DNA of 64,000 bases from Dehalococcoidia bacterium (GTDB lineage Bacteria; Chloroflexota; Dehalococcoidia; Lucifugimonadales; VXLM01): the NCBI GenBank assembly GCA_963665745.1, contig OY762443.1, positions 611,616 through 675,615 of the forward strand, read 5' to 3'. Of this stretch, positions 8,085-16,168 are shown in pieces. Numbering within the stretch: position 1 is the stretch's first letter; the number at the start of each line of letters is the position of its first letter. Position numbers and translations under genes: made by a program. The notes beneath the pieces were generated by a model. The model was not told the DNA's origin. It saw only the letters and a program-made list of their open reading frames with translations, and did not search any database.

Positions 8085-9517
8085 TCCTTCAACTGCGCTA
8101 GCAGATACTCCTGCGGCCTGTCGCCCTTGATGCGGTTGCAGTGCGAGCAGAGGAGTTGGAGATTGTCCATGTGATCGGTGCCGCCGCGTGAGCGCGGGAT
8201 TATGTGGTCGACCTCCATGATGCGGTAGGGGAACTCGGTCTTGCAACCGTTGCAGCGGCCTTCCTGCTCACCGAAGAGGACGTGCTTGTTCTTGCGGTAG
8301 TGGATCGGCGCGTCGATGTCCGTGCGTTGCGGAATGTCGGTGCGGGCGGTGACGAGCCGGTCGTGGAAGAGGTCGCCCATGAAGTCGCGGAGGCGCAGGT
8401 TCACCAACTCGACGGCCTTCGGGGACAGGTCGATGCCGACCCACTGGCGGCCCAGCTTTTCGGCGGCTACGCAGGCGGTGGCGCACCCGGCGAAGGGGTC
8501 GAGCACCATGTCTCCGGGGTTGCTGGACGCTGCAATGATGCGTTCGAGCAGGGCAAGTGGCTTTTGCGTCGGGTAGCCTATGTGCTCCTTTGACCGATTA
8601 TTGACGTTTTGAACGTCGCCGATGAAGTCGGAGGCGGCTTCACCTTTGGAAGCTGCAAGATACCGCTTCAGGCGTGGGTATCCTGATTCTGTCCAGTCGA
8701 TCAACCCGGCATTTGAAAGGGCGTCCAAACGCGCGTGAACGCTCGTCATTGAGGTGTATCCCGGAATCAGGTTATCCTCAATCCACTGGGCATAGTTGCC
8801 GGTCTTGGGAACACTCCAACATCGCCCGCTTTGGCCAGGATCGTATCCCTGCCATGGCTGACCGGACTCTCCACTCGACAATCCCGGCCCGGTCAGGTTA
8901 TCCACCCTGTAGCGTCCCTTTTCGTCCGTATACCGGTAGTCCCGAGCTAGATAGGTCTCTCCAAGTGGCAGGTATTGCGTGTGCCATGTGGCTCCATCGA
9001 AGGCGTAGAACAGCAAACGGTCTGATACCCTCGCGAACCGCTTGGCGTCGCTGTGTGAGCTAGTCCTCTTCCAATTGATCTCATTACGGAAATTCTGCCC
9101 GCTGAACACAGCGTCCATCAGCACCTTCAGGTACGCTCCTGCGGTATCGTCGCAGTGCAGGTAGATACTTCCCGTGTCCTTCAAGACGCGGCGCATTTCC
9201 AGCAACCGGACGGCCATCATGCAGAGGTAGGACTGCATCCCCTTACCGTGCGTCATACCTGCGGTCTCGATGGTGCGGTAGATGGCGGGATGCTCGTCGG
9301 CTATGAGGCCCATCCAGGCCACGTCGAGGTCGCTGAGCGTCCACGTGTCCTTGAACGCCGCGCCCGCCGCCCTGCTGCCCACAGGGGCCTCGTAGTTCTT
9401 GTTGGAGTTGAAGGGCGGGTCGAGGTAGATGAGGTCCACCGAGTCGGAGTTGAGGCCCCGGAGGATGTGGAGGTTGTCGCCCGTCCATATCGTCTTGTCC
9501 ACGAAGTTCGCTGGCAT
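8081..9517 (-). CDS. beta-class N6A/N4C DNA methyltransferase fused to a C-terminal HNH endonuclease (copy 1)
   Basis: ORF 8081..11218 trimmed to ATG 9517 (MPANFVDKTIW). Motif IV is DPPF near the N-terminus, and the AdoMet motif I VLDPFAGCATACVAAEKLGRQWVGIDL lies late, which is the beta permutation. The C-terminal HNH-Zn motif reads CNGC..VDHIIPRSRGGTDHMDNLQLLCSHCNRIKG. Everything upstream of 9517 in the track ORF is antisense to the IS110 gene. Confidence 0.85.
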   Translation of the reverse strand: MPANFVDKTIWTGDNLHILRGLNSDSVDLIYLDPPFNSNKNYEAPVGSRAAGAAFKDTWTLSDLDVAWMGLIADEHPAIYRTIETAGMTHGKGMQSYLCMMAVRLLEMRRVLKDTGSIYLHCDDTAGAYLKVLMDAVFSGQNFRNEINWKRTSSHSDAKRFARVSDRLLFYAFDGATWHTQYLPLGETYLARDYRYTDEKGRYRVDNLTGPGLSSGESGQPWQGYDPGQSGRCWSVPKTGNYAQWIEDNLIPGYTSMTSVHARLDALSNAGLIDWTESGYPRLKRYLAASKGEAASDFIGDVQNVNNRSKEHIGYPTQKPLALLERIIAASSNPGDMVLDPFAGCATACVAAEKLGRQWVGIDLSPKAVELVNLRLRDFMGDLFHDRLVTARTDIPQRTDIDAPIHYRKNKHVLFGEQEGRCNGCKTEFPYRIMEVDHIIPRSRGGTDHMDNLQLLCSHCNRIKGDRPQEYLLAQLKE

Positions 9518-9523
9518 GAAGGC

Positions 9524-9552
9524 ATGATACCTGAAATGCGAACAGATGTCTA
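9524..9552 (-). promoter_or_regulatory. candidate sigma70-type promoter of MTase-HNH copy 1, possibly giving a leaderless mRNA
   Basis: On the minus strand: TAGACA (9552-9547), a 17-nt spacer, then TATCAT (9529-9524). The -10 box ends 6 nt before ATG 9517. Confidence 0.35.
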
Positions 9553-11117
9553 GGATGTGAGGTTCACTGCCGAGGGCGCGGATGGCGCAGAGTGGGAGTG
9601 GATGCAAGGATTTTAGATTCCTCACTTCGCTACGCTGCGTTCGGAATATCTCATGAGGGTTGCCACCCTCACCACCTGGAATGAAAATGGGTATGCCCCG
9701 CTTGGTGACGAGTTCGGTTGTCAATGGTGCCGCGAGCCCGGTTCGGAATATGACACTGGCGACCTGAAGGCACCACCTATTGTCGCCCCAGACGGCTGGG
9801 AGCACGTGTAGCAATGTCAGTTTTGGAGAGGTTGCCCGCCAATCGGGAGTCTTGTTGGAGGGTTGAGCATGGAAGTTGTACACGAGCGGAGTTGTGGATT
9901 GGACGTCCATAAGCGGACTGTCGTGGCGTGTGTCATCACGCCGGAGGGTAAACGGACTCGCAGATTCAAGACGATGACCAAGGACGTGTTGAGCCTGGCG
10001 GATTGGCTGGGTGAGGTAGGTGTGACCCACGTGGCGATGGAGAGCACGGGGGTATACTGGCAGCCTTTGTACAATCTGCTGGAGGACGATTTCGAGGTGT
10101 GGGTGGTGAACGCTGCCCATATCAAGACGGTCCCTGGTCGCAAGACGGACATGAAGGACGCCGAGTGGATAGCCGACCTTCTGCGGCACGGACTGTTGCG
10201 ACCGAGCTTTGTCCCTGACCGTCCTCAGCGGGAGTTGCGAGAGTTGACTCGCCATCGCCGACAGTTGATTAGGCAGCGTGCGCAGGTGGTCAACCGCATT
10301 CAGAAGGTGTTGGAAGGGGGCAACATCAAGTTGAGTTCTGTGGCAACTGATGTCGTGGGTGCTTCGGGACGCGCAATGTTGAGGGCTATGATCGCTGGGG
10401 AAGACGATCCCGAGACGCTGGCGTCCATGGCCAGGGGGCGACTTCGTGACAAGCGCTTGCTGTTGGTCGATGCACTGGAAGGGTCGATGGGTTCCCACCA
10501 GCGGATGATGTTGGACAGCTATCTGCGACATCTCGACTTTTTGGAGCGTGAGATCGAGCGGATGAGTGAGGAGGTGGAGGATCGGACGCGCCCTTTTGAG
10601 GAGGTGATCGAGAGGATCGACGAGATTCCAGGAATGGGACGTCGAGGTGCCGAGCAAGTGGTGGCGGAGATCGGTACGGACATGAATCGGTTCCCTACGT
10701 CGCAGCACTTGGCATCGTGGGCGGGGATGTGTCCCGGCAATAACGAGAGCGCGGGCAAACGGATCGGCGGTCGCACCAGGCGCGCCAATCCGTGGCTGAA
10801 GTCGACGCTGGTGGAGGCAGCTTGGGCCTCTGTGAAGACTCGCGACACGTACCTGTCGGCCCAATACCGCCGCATAGCGGCTCGCAGGGGCAAAAAGCGG
10901 GCGATCATCGCCGTGGCTCACTCGATCCTGGTCATCATCTACCATATGCTCAGAGACGGCACTCGACACAGGGACCTTGGTGGGCAATACTTCGAAGAGC
11001 GCAACCACCAGGCAATAGTGCGCTATACCGTCCGACGGCTCAATCGGCTGGGATACGACGTGACTCTCGCAGCTGCCTGACAGGTCTATTTTCGTAGCAA
11101 TGACAGTAGTGGGGCTG
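9553..11117 (+). mobile_element. IS110-family insertion sequence (maximal bounds; exact termini unresolved)
   Basis: Contains the IS110 transposase CDS. It occupies the divergent intergenic region between the MTase-HNH and DUF1800 genes and is bounded by candidate native promoters at 9524-9552 and 11118-11147. No terminal inverted repeats were seen, as expected for IS110. Confidence 0.7.
9869..11080 (+). CDS. IS110-family DEDD transposase/recombinase
   Basis: MEVVHERSCGLDVHKRTVVACV..VAMESTGVYWQPLYNLL..VVNAAHIK..KTDMKDAEWIA is the DEDD N-domain. IPGMGRRGAEQVVAEIG..F....HLASWAGMCPGNNESAGKR is the Transposase_20 domain. ATG 9869 follows GGAGGG. Confidence 0.95.
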   Translation: MEVVHERSCGLDVHKRTVVACVITPEGKRTRRFKTMTKDVLSLADWLGEVGVTHVAMESTGVYWQPLYNLLEDDFEVWVVNAAHIKTVPGRKTDMKDAEWIADLLRHGLLRPSFVPDRPQRELRELTRHRRQLIRQRAQVVNRIQKVLEGGNIKLSSVATDVVGASGRAMLRAMIAGEDDPETLASMARGRLRDKRLLLVDALEGSMGSHQRMMLDSYLRHLDFLEREIERMSEEVEDRTRPFEEVIERIDEIPGMGRRGAEQVVAEIGTDMNRFPTSQHLASWAGMCPGNNESAGKRIGGRTRRANPWLKSTLVEAAWASVKTRDTYLSAQYRRIAARRGKKRAIIAVAHSILVIIYHMLRDGTRHRDLGGQYFEERNHQAIVRYTVRRLNRLGYDVTLAAA

Positions 11118-11147
11118 TTGGCGCGTTGGCGTGAATCTCGGTATAAT
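11118..11147 (+). promoter_or_regulatory. candidate sigma70-type promoter upstream of the DUF1800 gene
   Basis: TTGGCG (11118-11123), an 18-nt spacer, then TATAAT (11142-11147). Confidence 0.4.
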
Positions 11148-11182
11148 CTCTCCCGGTCGATCCGCTGAACATGGGGGTTTGC

Positions 11183-12589
11183 ATGGCTCATTCGGATGAC
11201 ATTGCACTGATGGCGCACCTTATGCGCCGGGCAGGGTTCGGCGCACGCCGTGAGGAGTTGGAGGCGCGGGCTGCGAAGGGCTACGAGGCGACTGTCGAGG
11301 AACTCCTTTCACCCGAGCATCAGGCCCCTGTGGACATCTACGACCTCTACCGCTACCAGCCCTGGGCGTGGAAGCCGGGCACCATCTACGGCATGGGCCA
11401 CGCCGCGTGGGTCTACCGGATGCTCAACACGAACGCTCCCTTGCAGGAGAAGATGACCGTCTTCTGGCATGGAATCTTCGCCACCGGCGTCTCCAAGGTC
11501 GATCACTGGGACGAGATCATGGACATGATCGATTCGTTCCGTGACAACGGCATGGGCAAGTTCCGCGACATAGTTCTGAGCGTCGCCCGAAGCCCCGCGA
11601 TGATCTACTGGCTCGACAACAACGAGAACCTCAACGGACGCATCAACGAGAACTGGGGCCGCGAGCTTCTCGAACTCTTCACGATGGGCGTCACGAACTA
11701 CACCGAGGCCGATGTGTACGAGTGCTCCCGCGCCTTCACCGGCTGGACGATGGCCCCGAAGCTGCCCCGGTTCCCCATGGGCCGCTTCGACTGGGAGTTC
11801 GAGTACCGCGACGAGATTCACGACCACACCGACAAGAGTTTTCTCGGACACGTGGGCGACTTCGACGGCGAGGAGATCGTCGATATCGTCCTGCGGCAGC
11901 CCGCCACCGCGCGGTTCATCGCGCGACATCTGTACACCTTCTTCGTGGCCGACGAGGCCCAGGTGCCCGCTTGGTCGGTGACGCCTCCACGCGATCCCGA
12001 CGCTATCGACCAACTCGTCGAGAAGCTGTACTGCACGGACTACGACATCCGGGAGACCCTGCGCTTCCTCTTCAACTCCGACTTCTTCAAGGAAGCCCAC
12101 TTCGCCAAGGTCAAGAGTCCCGTCGACGTGATGATCGGAACTCTTCGGCTCGTCGGCGGCTCGGAGTTCCCCGGGCCGGGCATTGGCAACCTCTCGCGAC
12201 AGGTCTCGTACATGGGCCAGGAGTTGCTCAATCCACCCTCCGTCGAGGGCTGGCACACGGGGCCTGAGTGGATCAACAGCGGCTCGATAATGACCCGCAC
12301 CAACTTCTTCACCGACATGATCAGCGACGCAGACCGTCCGGGCATCCAGGCTATCATAGGCGCTCTGCGAGAGCGGGGCGCAATGTCGCCCGAAGAGTTC
12401 GTCGACACGTGTCTCGACCTGCTGGGGCCGCTTGACGTCGATGCGGCATCGAAGCAGGAACTCGTCGACCACGCCTCCGAAGGCGGCCCGCTTGAATGGG
12501 GGCCGAACGGCGGCTATGACTCGACCGTCGTGCGCATAACGGAAATGCTCCAACTCATCGTAGCGCTGCGGGACTACCAGTTCGCATGA
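11183..12589 (+). CDS. DUF1800 family protein
   Basis: MAHSDDIALMAHLMRRAGFGARREELE.. is the typical DUF1800 opening, and the gene is paired with a downstream DUF1501 gene as is usual. An alternative start is ATG 11171. Confidence 0.8.
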   Translation: MAHSDDIALMAHLMRRAGFGARREELEARAAKGYEATVEELLSPEHQAPVDIYDLYRYQPWAWKPGTIYGMGHAAWVYRMLNTNAPLQEKMTVFWHGIFATGVSKVDHWDEIMDMIDSFRDNGMGKFRDIVLSVARSPAMIYWLDNNENLNGRINENWGRELLELFTMGVTNYTEADVYECSRAFTGWTMAPKLPRFPMGRFDWEFEYRDEIHDHTDKSFLGHVGDFDGEEIVDIVLRQPATARFIARHLYTFFVADEAQVPAWSVTPPRDPDAIDQLVEKLYCTDYDIRETLRFLFNSDFFKEAHFAKVKSPVDVMIGTLRLVGGSEFPGPGIGNLSRQVSYMGQELLNPPSVEGWHTGPEWINSGSIMTRTNFFTDMISDADRPGIQAIIGALRERGAMSPEEFVDTCLDLLGPLDVDAASKQELVDHASEGGPLEWGPNGGYDSTVVRITEMLQLIVALRDYQFA

Positions 12590-12642
12590 GTCTTCGGCGG
12601 CCTCGCGCCGATGAGTGAGGGATATATCGGGGAGAAACCACC

Positions 12643-13773
12643 ATGACCACCACCAACAAAGAACCCGTCCTCGTCGTACTCCAGATGACGGGCGGGAACG
12701 ACTACCTCAACACCGTCGTCCCCTACACCGACGGGATGTACTACGACTACCGGCCTACGGTCGGCGTCGCGGAAGAGGACGTCATTCCCATCGACTCCAC
12801 CGTCGGGCTGCATCCCGAGATGCGACCGTTCAAGGACGCCTACGACGAGGGCGACCTCGCCATCATTCACGGCGTGGGATACGCCAACTCCCCGCGTTCC
12901 CACTTCCGGTCGATGGATATCTGGCACACCTGCGAGCCGGACACCCTCGGCACGGAGGGATGGCTCGGCAAGGTCGTCAGGGAGCTTGATCCCAACAAGG
13001 AGAACGTCGTCACGGCGGTTAGCATGGGGCCGAGTATGTTCCGCGCCCTCTCCGTGCCCGGCGTTCCCGTCGCCTGCGTCGACAACCTCGACAGCTACGG
13101 CCTGATGACCAACGTCGAGGAGGCGAAGCAGCGCGAGCGGCTCCTCGAACGGTACAAGCGACTCTACGGTCCTGCCGTCGGCTCAGGCCCGGTGATGGAC
13201 TTCCTCGGCCAGACCGGACTCGACGCCCTCGCGGGGGCCGACATTCTGAAGATCGCCCCTCAGCGCTACGAGTCGAGCGTGGAGTACGCCGAAACGTCCA
13301 TCGGACGCAAGCTGCGGAGCATCGCCCAGATACACATGGCCGACCTCGGCACGCGAGTCTTCTACGTCGACCAGGGCAGCTACGACAGCCACTCCAATCA
13401 GGCGGGGATGCACGACAAGCTCCTCGCCGACATGTCGCGCGGCGTCCAGGACTTCTTCGACGACCTCAGAGCGCACGACGCTGCGGACAACGTCATCATG
13501 CTCATCTTCTCCGAGTTCGGTCGCCGCACGTACGACAACGGCTCCGGCACCGACCACGGCGCTGCCGGTGCGGTCTTCATGCTCGGCGACGCGGTCGCGG
13601 GCGGACAGTACAGCACGTACCCGTCCATCAAGCGCGAGGACCTCGAACAGGGCGACCCCGTACCCAACCTCGACTTCCGCAGCGTCTACAGCACCATCAT
13701 CGAAGACTGGCTTCATCTCGACGCCAAACCCATCGTCGGCGGCACATTCGAGAAGCCCCGCTTCCTAAACTAA
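12643..13773 (+). CDS. DUF1501 family (sulfatase-like fold) protein, lacking a Tat leader
   Basis: VLQMTGGNDYLN..HGVGY.NSPRSHF.S...W..GTDHG are DUF1501 hallmarks. There is no RRxFL twin-arginine leader at the N-terminus. Confidence 0.8.
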   Translation: MTTTNKEPVLVVLQMTGGNDYLNTVVPYTDGMYYDYRPTVGVAEEDVIPIDSTVGLHPEMRPFKDAYDEGDLAIIHGVGYANSPRSHFRSMDIWHTCEPDTLGTEGWLGKVVRELDPNKENVVTAVSMGPSMFRALSVPGVPVACVDNLDSYGLMTNVEEAKQRERLLERYKRLYGPAVGSGPVMDFLGQTGLDALAGADILKIAPQRYESSVEYAETSIGRKLRSIAQIHMADLGTRVFYVDQGSYDSHSNQAGMHDKLLADMSRGVQDFFDDLRAHDAADNVIMLIFSEFGRRTYDNGSGTDHGAAGAVFMLGDAVAGGQYSTYPSIKREDLEQGDPVPNLDFRSVYSTIIEDWLHLDAKPIVGGTFEKPRFLN

Positions 13774-14672
13774 TGAACGAAGAGCAGATGGCTGATTATT
13801 CCAAGAGGGATGTTCCATCCCACAAAGAACTTCACAATCCACTGCTGAGGGCAATTCATGGTCTCGGCGGAAGTGCTTCCAACGCTGAAATTGTAGACCG
13901 GGTTATCGAAGACATGCGTCTACCAGACAGTGTCGTAGAAATACCCCACAAGTCCGGTCGTATGTCGCGACTAGAGTACAGAATCGGTTGGGTAAAGACA
14001 TATCTCAAAAAATACGGGCTCCTCGACAACTCGACGAGAGGTGTGTGGTCTCTCACCGCCTTGGGGCATCATACCGAGAGTATCGACCCTGACGAAGTTG
14101 TAAAGCAGGTTGTCAAACGTGACCGGGCGGAGAGGCAACGCAGGGCGGAAGAAGTGGATCTGCCAGAAGGCGAAGATATCTCAGCCGGCGACTCTTCGGA
14201 AGACATAGCAACATGGCGTGAGGAGTTGCTGGATATTCTCCTCAATATGCAACCGGGCGCATTTGAAAGGTTATGCCAAAGGATCTTACGCGAATCGGAC
14301 TTTATCGAGGTCAATGTCACAGGGAAATCGGGGGACGGGGGAATTGATGGGAATGGAATAATTCGGCTTGGAGGACTCATCAGCTTTCCGGTATTGTTTC
14401 AGTGCAAGCGGTATAGCGGAAGCGTTAGCGCAAACGCCGTTAGAGACTTCCGCGGCGCAATGATAGGGCGAGCCGATAAGGGACTCATTATAACGACGGG
14501 TACTTTTACAAGGAACGCTCACAAGGAAGCGACAAGAGACGGAGCGCCTCCAATTGATTTGATTGATGGCAAGTTGCTAATTGATAAGCTGAAGGAACTT
14601 AAACTCGGTGTACGCGTTAAGACCGTCGAGGTTGTAGAAGTAGATAATGAGTGGGAAGGTTTCGCAGCATAA
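13773..14672 (+). CDS. mrr: Mrr-like type IV (modification-dependent) restriction endonuclease
   Basis: The N-terminal Mrr_N winged helix reads HNPLLRAIHGLGGSASNAEIVDRV..RIGWVKTYLKKYGLL. The catalytic domain reads FERLCQRIL..GDGGIDG..FQCKRY..V..VRDF.GA....ADKGLIITTGTFT. The start ATG overlaps the DUF1501 stop (TAATG). The gene looks AT-richer than its flanks. Confidence 0.85.
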   Translation: MNEEQMADYSKRDVPSHKELHNPLLRAIHGLGGSASNAEIVDRVIEDMRLPDSVVEIPHKSGRMSRLEYRIGWVKTYLKKYGLLDNSTRGVWSLTALGHHTESIDPDEVVKQVVKRDRAERQRRAEEVDLPEGEDISAGDSSEDIATWREELLDILLNMQPGAFERLCQRILRESDFIEVNVTGKSGDGGIDGNGIIRLGGLISFPVLFQCKRYSGSVSANAVRDFRGAMIGRADKGLIITTGTFTRNAHKEATRDGAPPIDLIDGKLLIDKLKELKLGVRVKTVEVVEVDNEWEGFAA

Positions 14673-14732
14673 TGCCAGTTCCCTTCGACTCCACTGCCAT
14701 GCTTCTGCGTACGCTTAATCGATCCCCACACT

Positions 14733-14749
14733 GTCATTCCCCGCGAAAG
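14733..14749. repeat. REP family 2 half-copy (GTCATTCCCCGCGAAAG)
   Basis: Reverse-orientation half of the GGATTCCCGC-nnnn-GCGGGAATGAC element seen at five other sites. Confidence 0.5.
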
Positions 14750-14766
14750 GAGACTTTTAGCTAACC

Positions 14767-14803
14767 CCCTCTCCCTTGAGGGAGAGGGCTGGGGTGAGGG
14801 TGA
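14767..14803. repeat. REP family 1 hairpin (CCCTCTCCC-TTGA-GGGAGAGGG) with a CTGGGGTGAGGGTGA tail
   Basis: A 9-bp stem at 14767-14775 and 14780-14788. The same unit occurs at 48656, 49315 and 54175. Confidence 0.8.
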
Positions 14804-14807
14804 AAGA

Positions 14808-14834
14808 CCCAGCACCTAGAACCCAGCACCCACC
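14808..14834. repeat. REP family 5 (CCCAGCACCTAGAACCCAGCACCCACC)
   Basis: An internal direct repeat of CCCAGCACC. A reverse-complement relative lies at 25196-25215, and a related string at 51551-51576. It abuts the NHL gene ATG. Confidence 0.6.
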
Positions 14835-15869
14835 ATGCTCACCCAATCCGTAGCAGGCAGAACATACGACTACGACTACAACGTCGGCTCCCGGAACATG
14901 GGAATCGCGATCAGTGTCGCGTTCGGGGCCGGCGACGTCGTGTACGTCCTGAGTCGCCAGCACGAGCAGCTGGCCGACGTGCCCTGGAACAAGACCGCCG
15001 TCCACGCCAAGGTCGGCAAGTACGAGGTTCCCGACACGCCGGGCAGCGAGGAGCTGCTCTTCGAGTTCGGCAAGTACGGCGACGGTGACGGCGAGTTGGT
15101 CTGGCCGACGGGCATCGCCACCGACTCCGACGAGAACGTCTACGTCAGCGACGAGTGGCTCAATCGCATCTCCGCATATAACCCCGACGGCGAGTTGCTC
15201 AGCACGTGGGGTCGAGCCGGAACAGGCAGCGGTGAGTTCAACGGCGCCGCCGGAATCGCCTTCGGGCCGGATGAGACGCTCTACGTCGTCGATTCGCTCA
15301 ACCATCGCGTTCAGAAGCTCTCCAAGGACGGTACCTTCATCGGACAGTTCGGGAGCATCGGTGCAGGCGAGGGGCAGTTCAACTCACCCTGGGGAGTCAC
15401 GACCGATGCCGACGGCTTCGTTTACGTGGCCGACCACAAGAACCACCGCGTGCAGAAGCTCGATGTTGATGGGAGCTACGTCATGTCATTCGGCTCGTTC
15501 GGCGCGGGCAACGGCCAGTTGAACCGCCCCTCCGATATCGCCGTAGACCCCGAGGGCGATGTCTACGTCTGCGACTGGGCCAACAGCCGGGTGCAGATAT
15601 TCGACGCGACCGGCAAGTTCATCACGAGTCTCATAGGCGACGCCGTGGAGATGGCGAAGTGGCACAAGCAGCAGGTCGATTCAAACGCCGACGTGCTCAA
15701 GGCGCGCCGCCGCGTGAAGACGCTCGAACCGGAATGGCGCTTCGCCCTGCCCGCGGGCGTCGACTACGACCCCGCCAAGAACCGCATCGTGGTCTCCGAC
15801 TCACAGCGCTGGCGTTTCCAGATGTACCGCAAGGTGTCGGACTACATCGAGCCGCAGTACAACCTCTAG
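14835..15869 (+). CDS. NHL-repeat beta-propeller protein
   Basis: Six repeats of the ..G.G.F..P.G.A.D..G..YV.D..N.R.Q type (NHRVQKL, NSRVQIF). Confidence 0.85.
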   Translation: MLTQSVAGRTYDYDYNVGSRNMGIAISVAFGAGDVVYVLSRQHEQLADVPWNKTAVHAKVGKYEVPDTPGSEELLFEFGKYGDGDGELVWPTGIATDSDENVYVSDEWLNRISAYNPDGELLSTWGRAGTGSGEFNGAAGIAFGPDETLYVVDSLNHRVQKLSKDGTFIGQFGSIGAGEGQFNSPWGVTTDADGFVYVADHKNHRVQKLDVDGSYVMSFGSFGAGNGQLNRPSDIAVDPEGDVYVCDWANSRVQIFDATGKFITSLIGDAVEMAKWHKQQVDSNADVLKARRRVKTLEPEWRFALPAGVDYDPAKNRIVVSDSQRWRFQMYRKVSDYIEPQYNL

Positions 15870-15880
15870 GGAGGACGAAG

Positions 15881-16168
15881 ATGATCGCGGTACTGACTCA
15901 CCATTGGGCCAAGCCCGGCATGTTCGAGAAGGCTCGCGCCCTGCTCGACGGAAACGGACGCGCGCAGGCCAACTCTCCCGGCTTCGTCAGCCGCACGACC
16001 GTGCTCTCCATGACCGATCCATCGCAGATCACGTCCTTCGTCGTCTGGGAAAGCGCCGAGATCTACGACCAATGGAAGGCCAGCCCGGAACGCAAGGTCA
16101 CGATGGCCGGAGCCGAAGACCTTTGGTCGAAACCCCCGGTGTCCGAGCGCTTTCACGTAGCCAGCTAG
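15881..16168 (+). CDS. antibiotic-biosynthesis-monooxygenase (ABM) domain protein
   Basis: ORF 15659..16168 trimmed to ATG 15881, after GGGAGGA. A ~95-aa ferredoxin-like fold pattern is present (THHWAKPG..FVVWESAEIYDQWKASPE). Confidence 0.6.
   Translation: MIAVLTHHWAKPGMFEKARALLDGNGRAQANSPGFVSRTTVLSMTDPSQITSFVVWESAEIYDQWKASPERKVTMAGAEDLWSKPPVSERFHVAS

Noticed and set aside
8081-11218. A 1045-aa ORF in the track suggesting a giant MTase-containing protein
   Set aside because: Only the last 478 codons (from ATG 9517) have MTase and HNH motifs. The upstream 567 codons are Arg/His/Pro-rich low-complexity sequence antisense to the IS110 transposase gene and the DUF1800 start. This is a typical high-GC shadow ORF.
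14519-14815. Small ORFs overlapping REP clusters (14519-14815, 22718-22912, 25103-25291, 49073-49375, 40733-41422)
   Set aside because: Their sequences are dominated by translated hairpin repeats (SPSRERG, SLSKGERF, PVPRYGAG) or by the promoter/decamer module. They show no coding periodicity or RBS.
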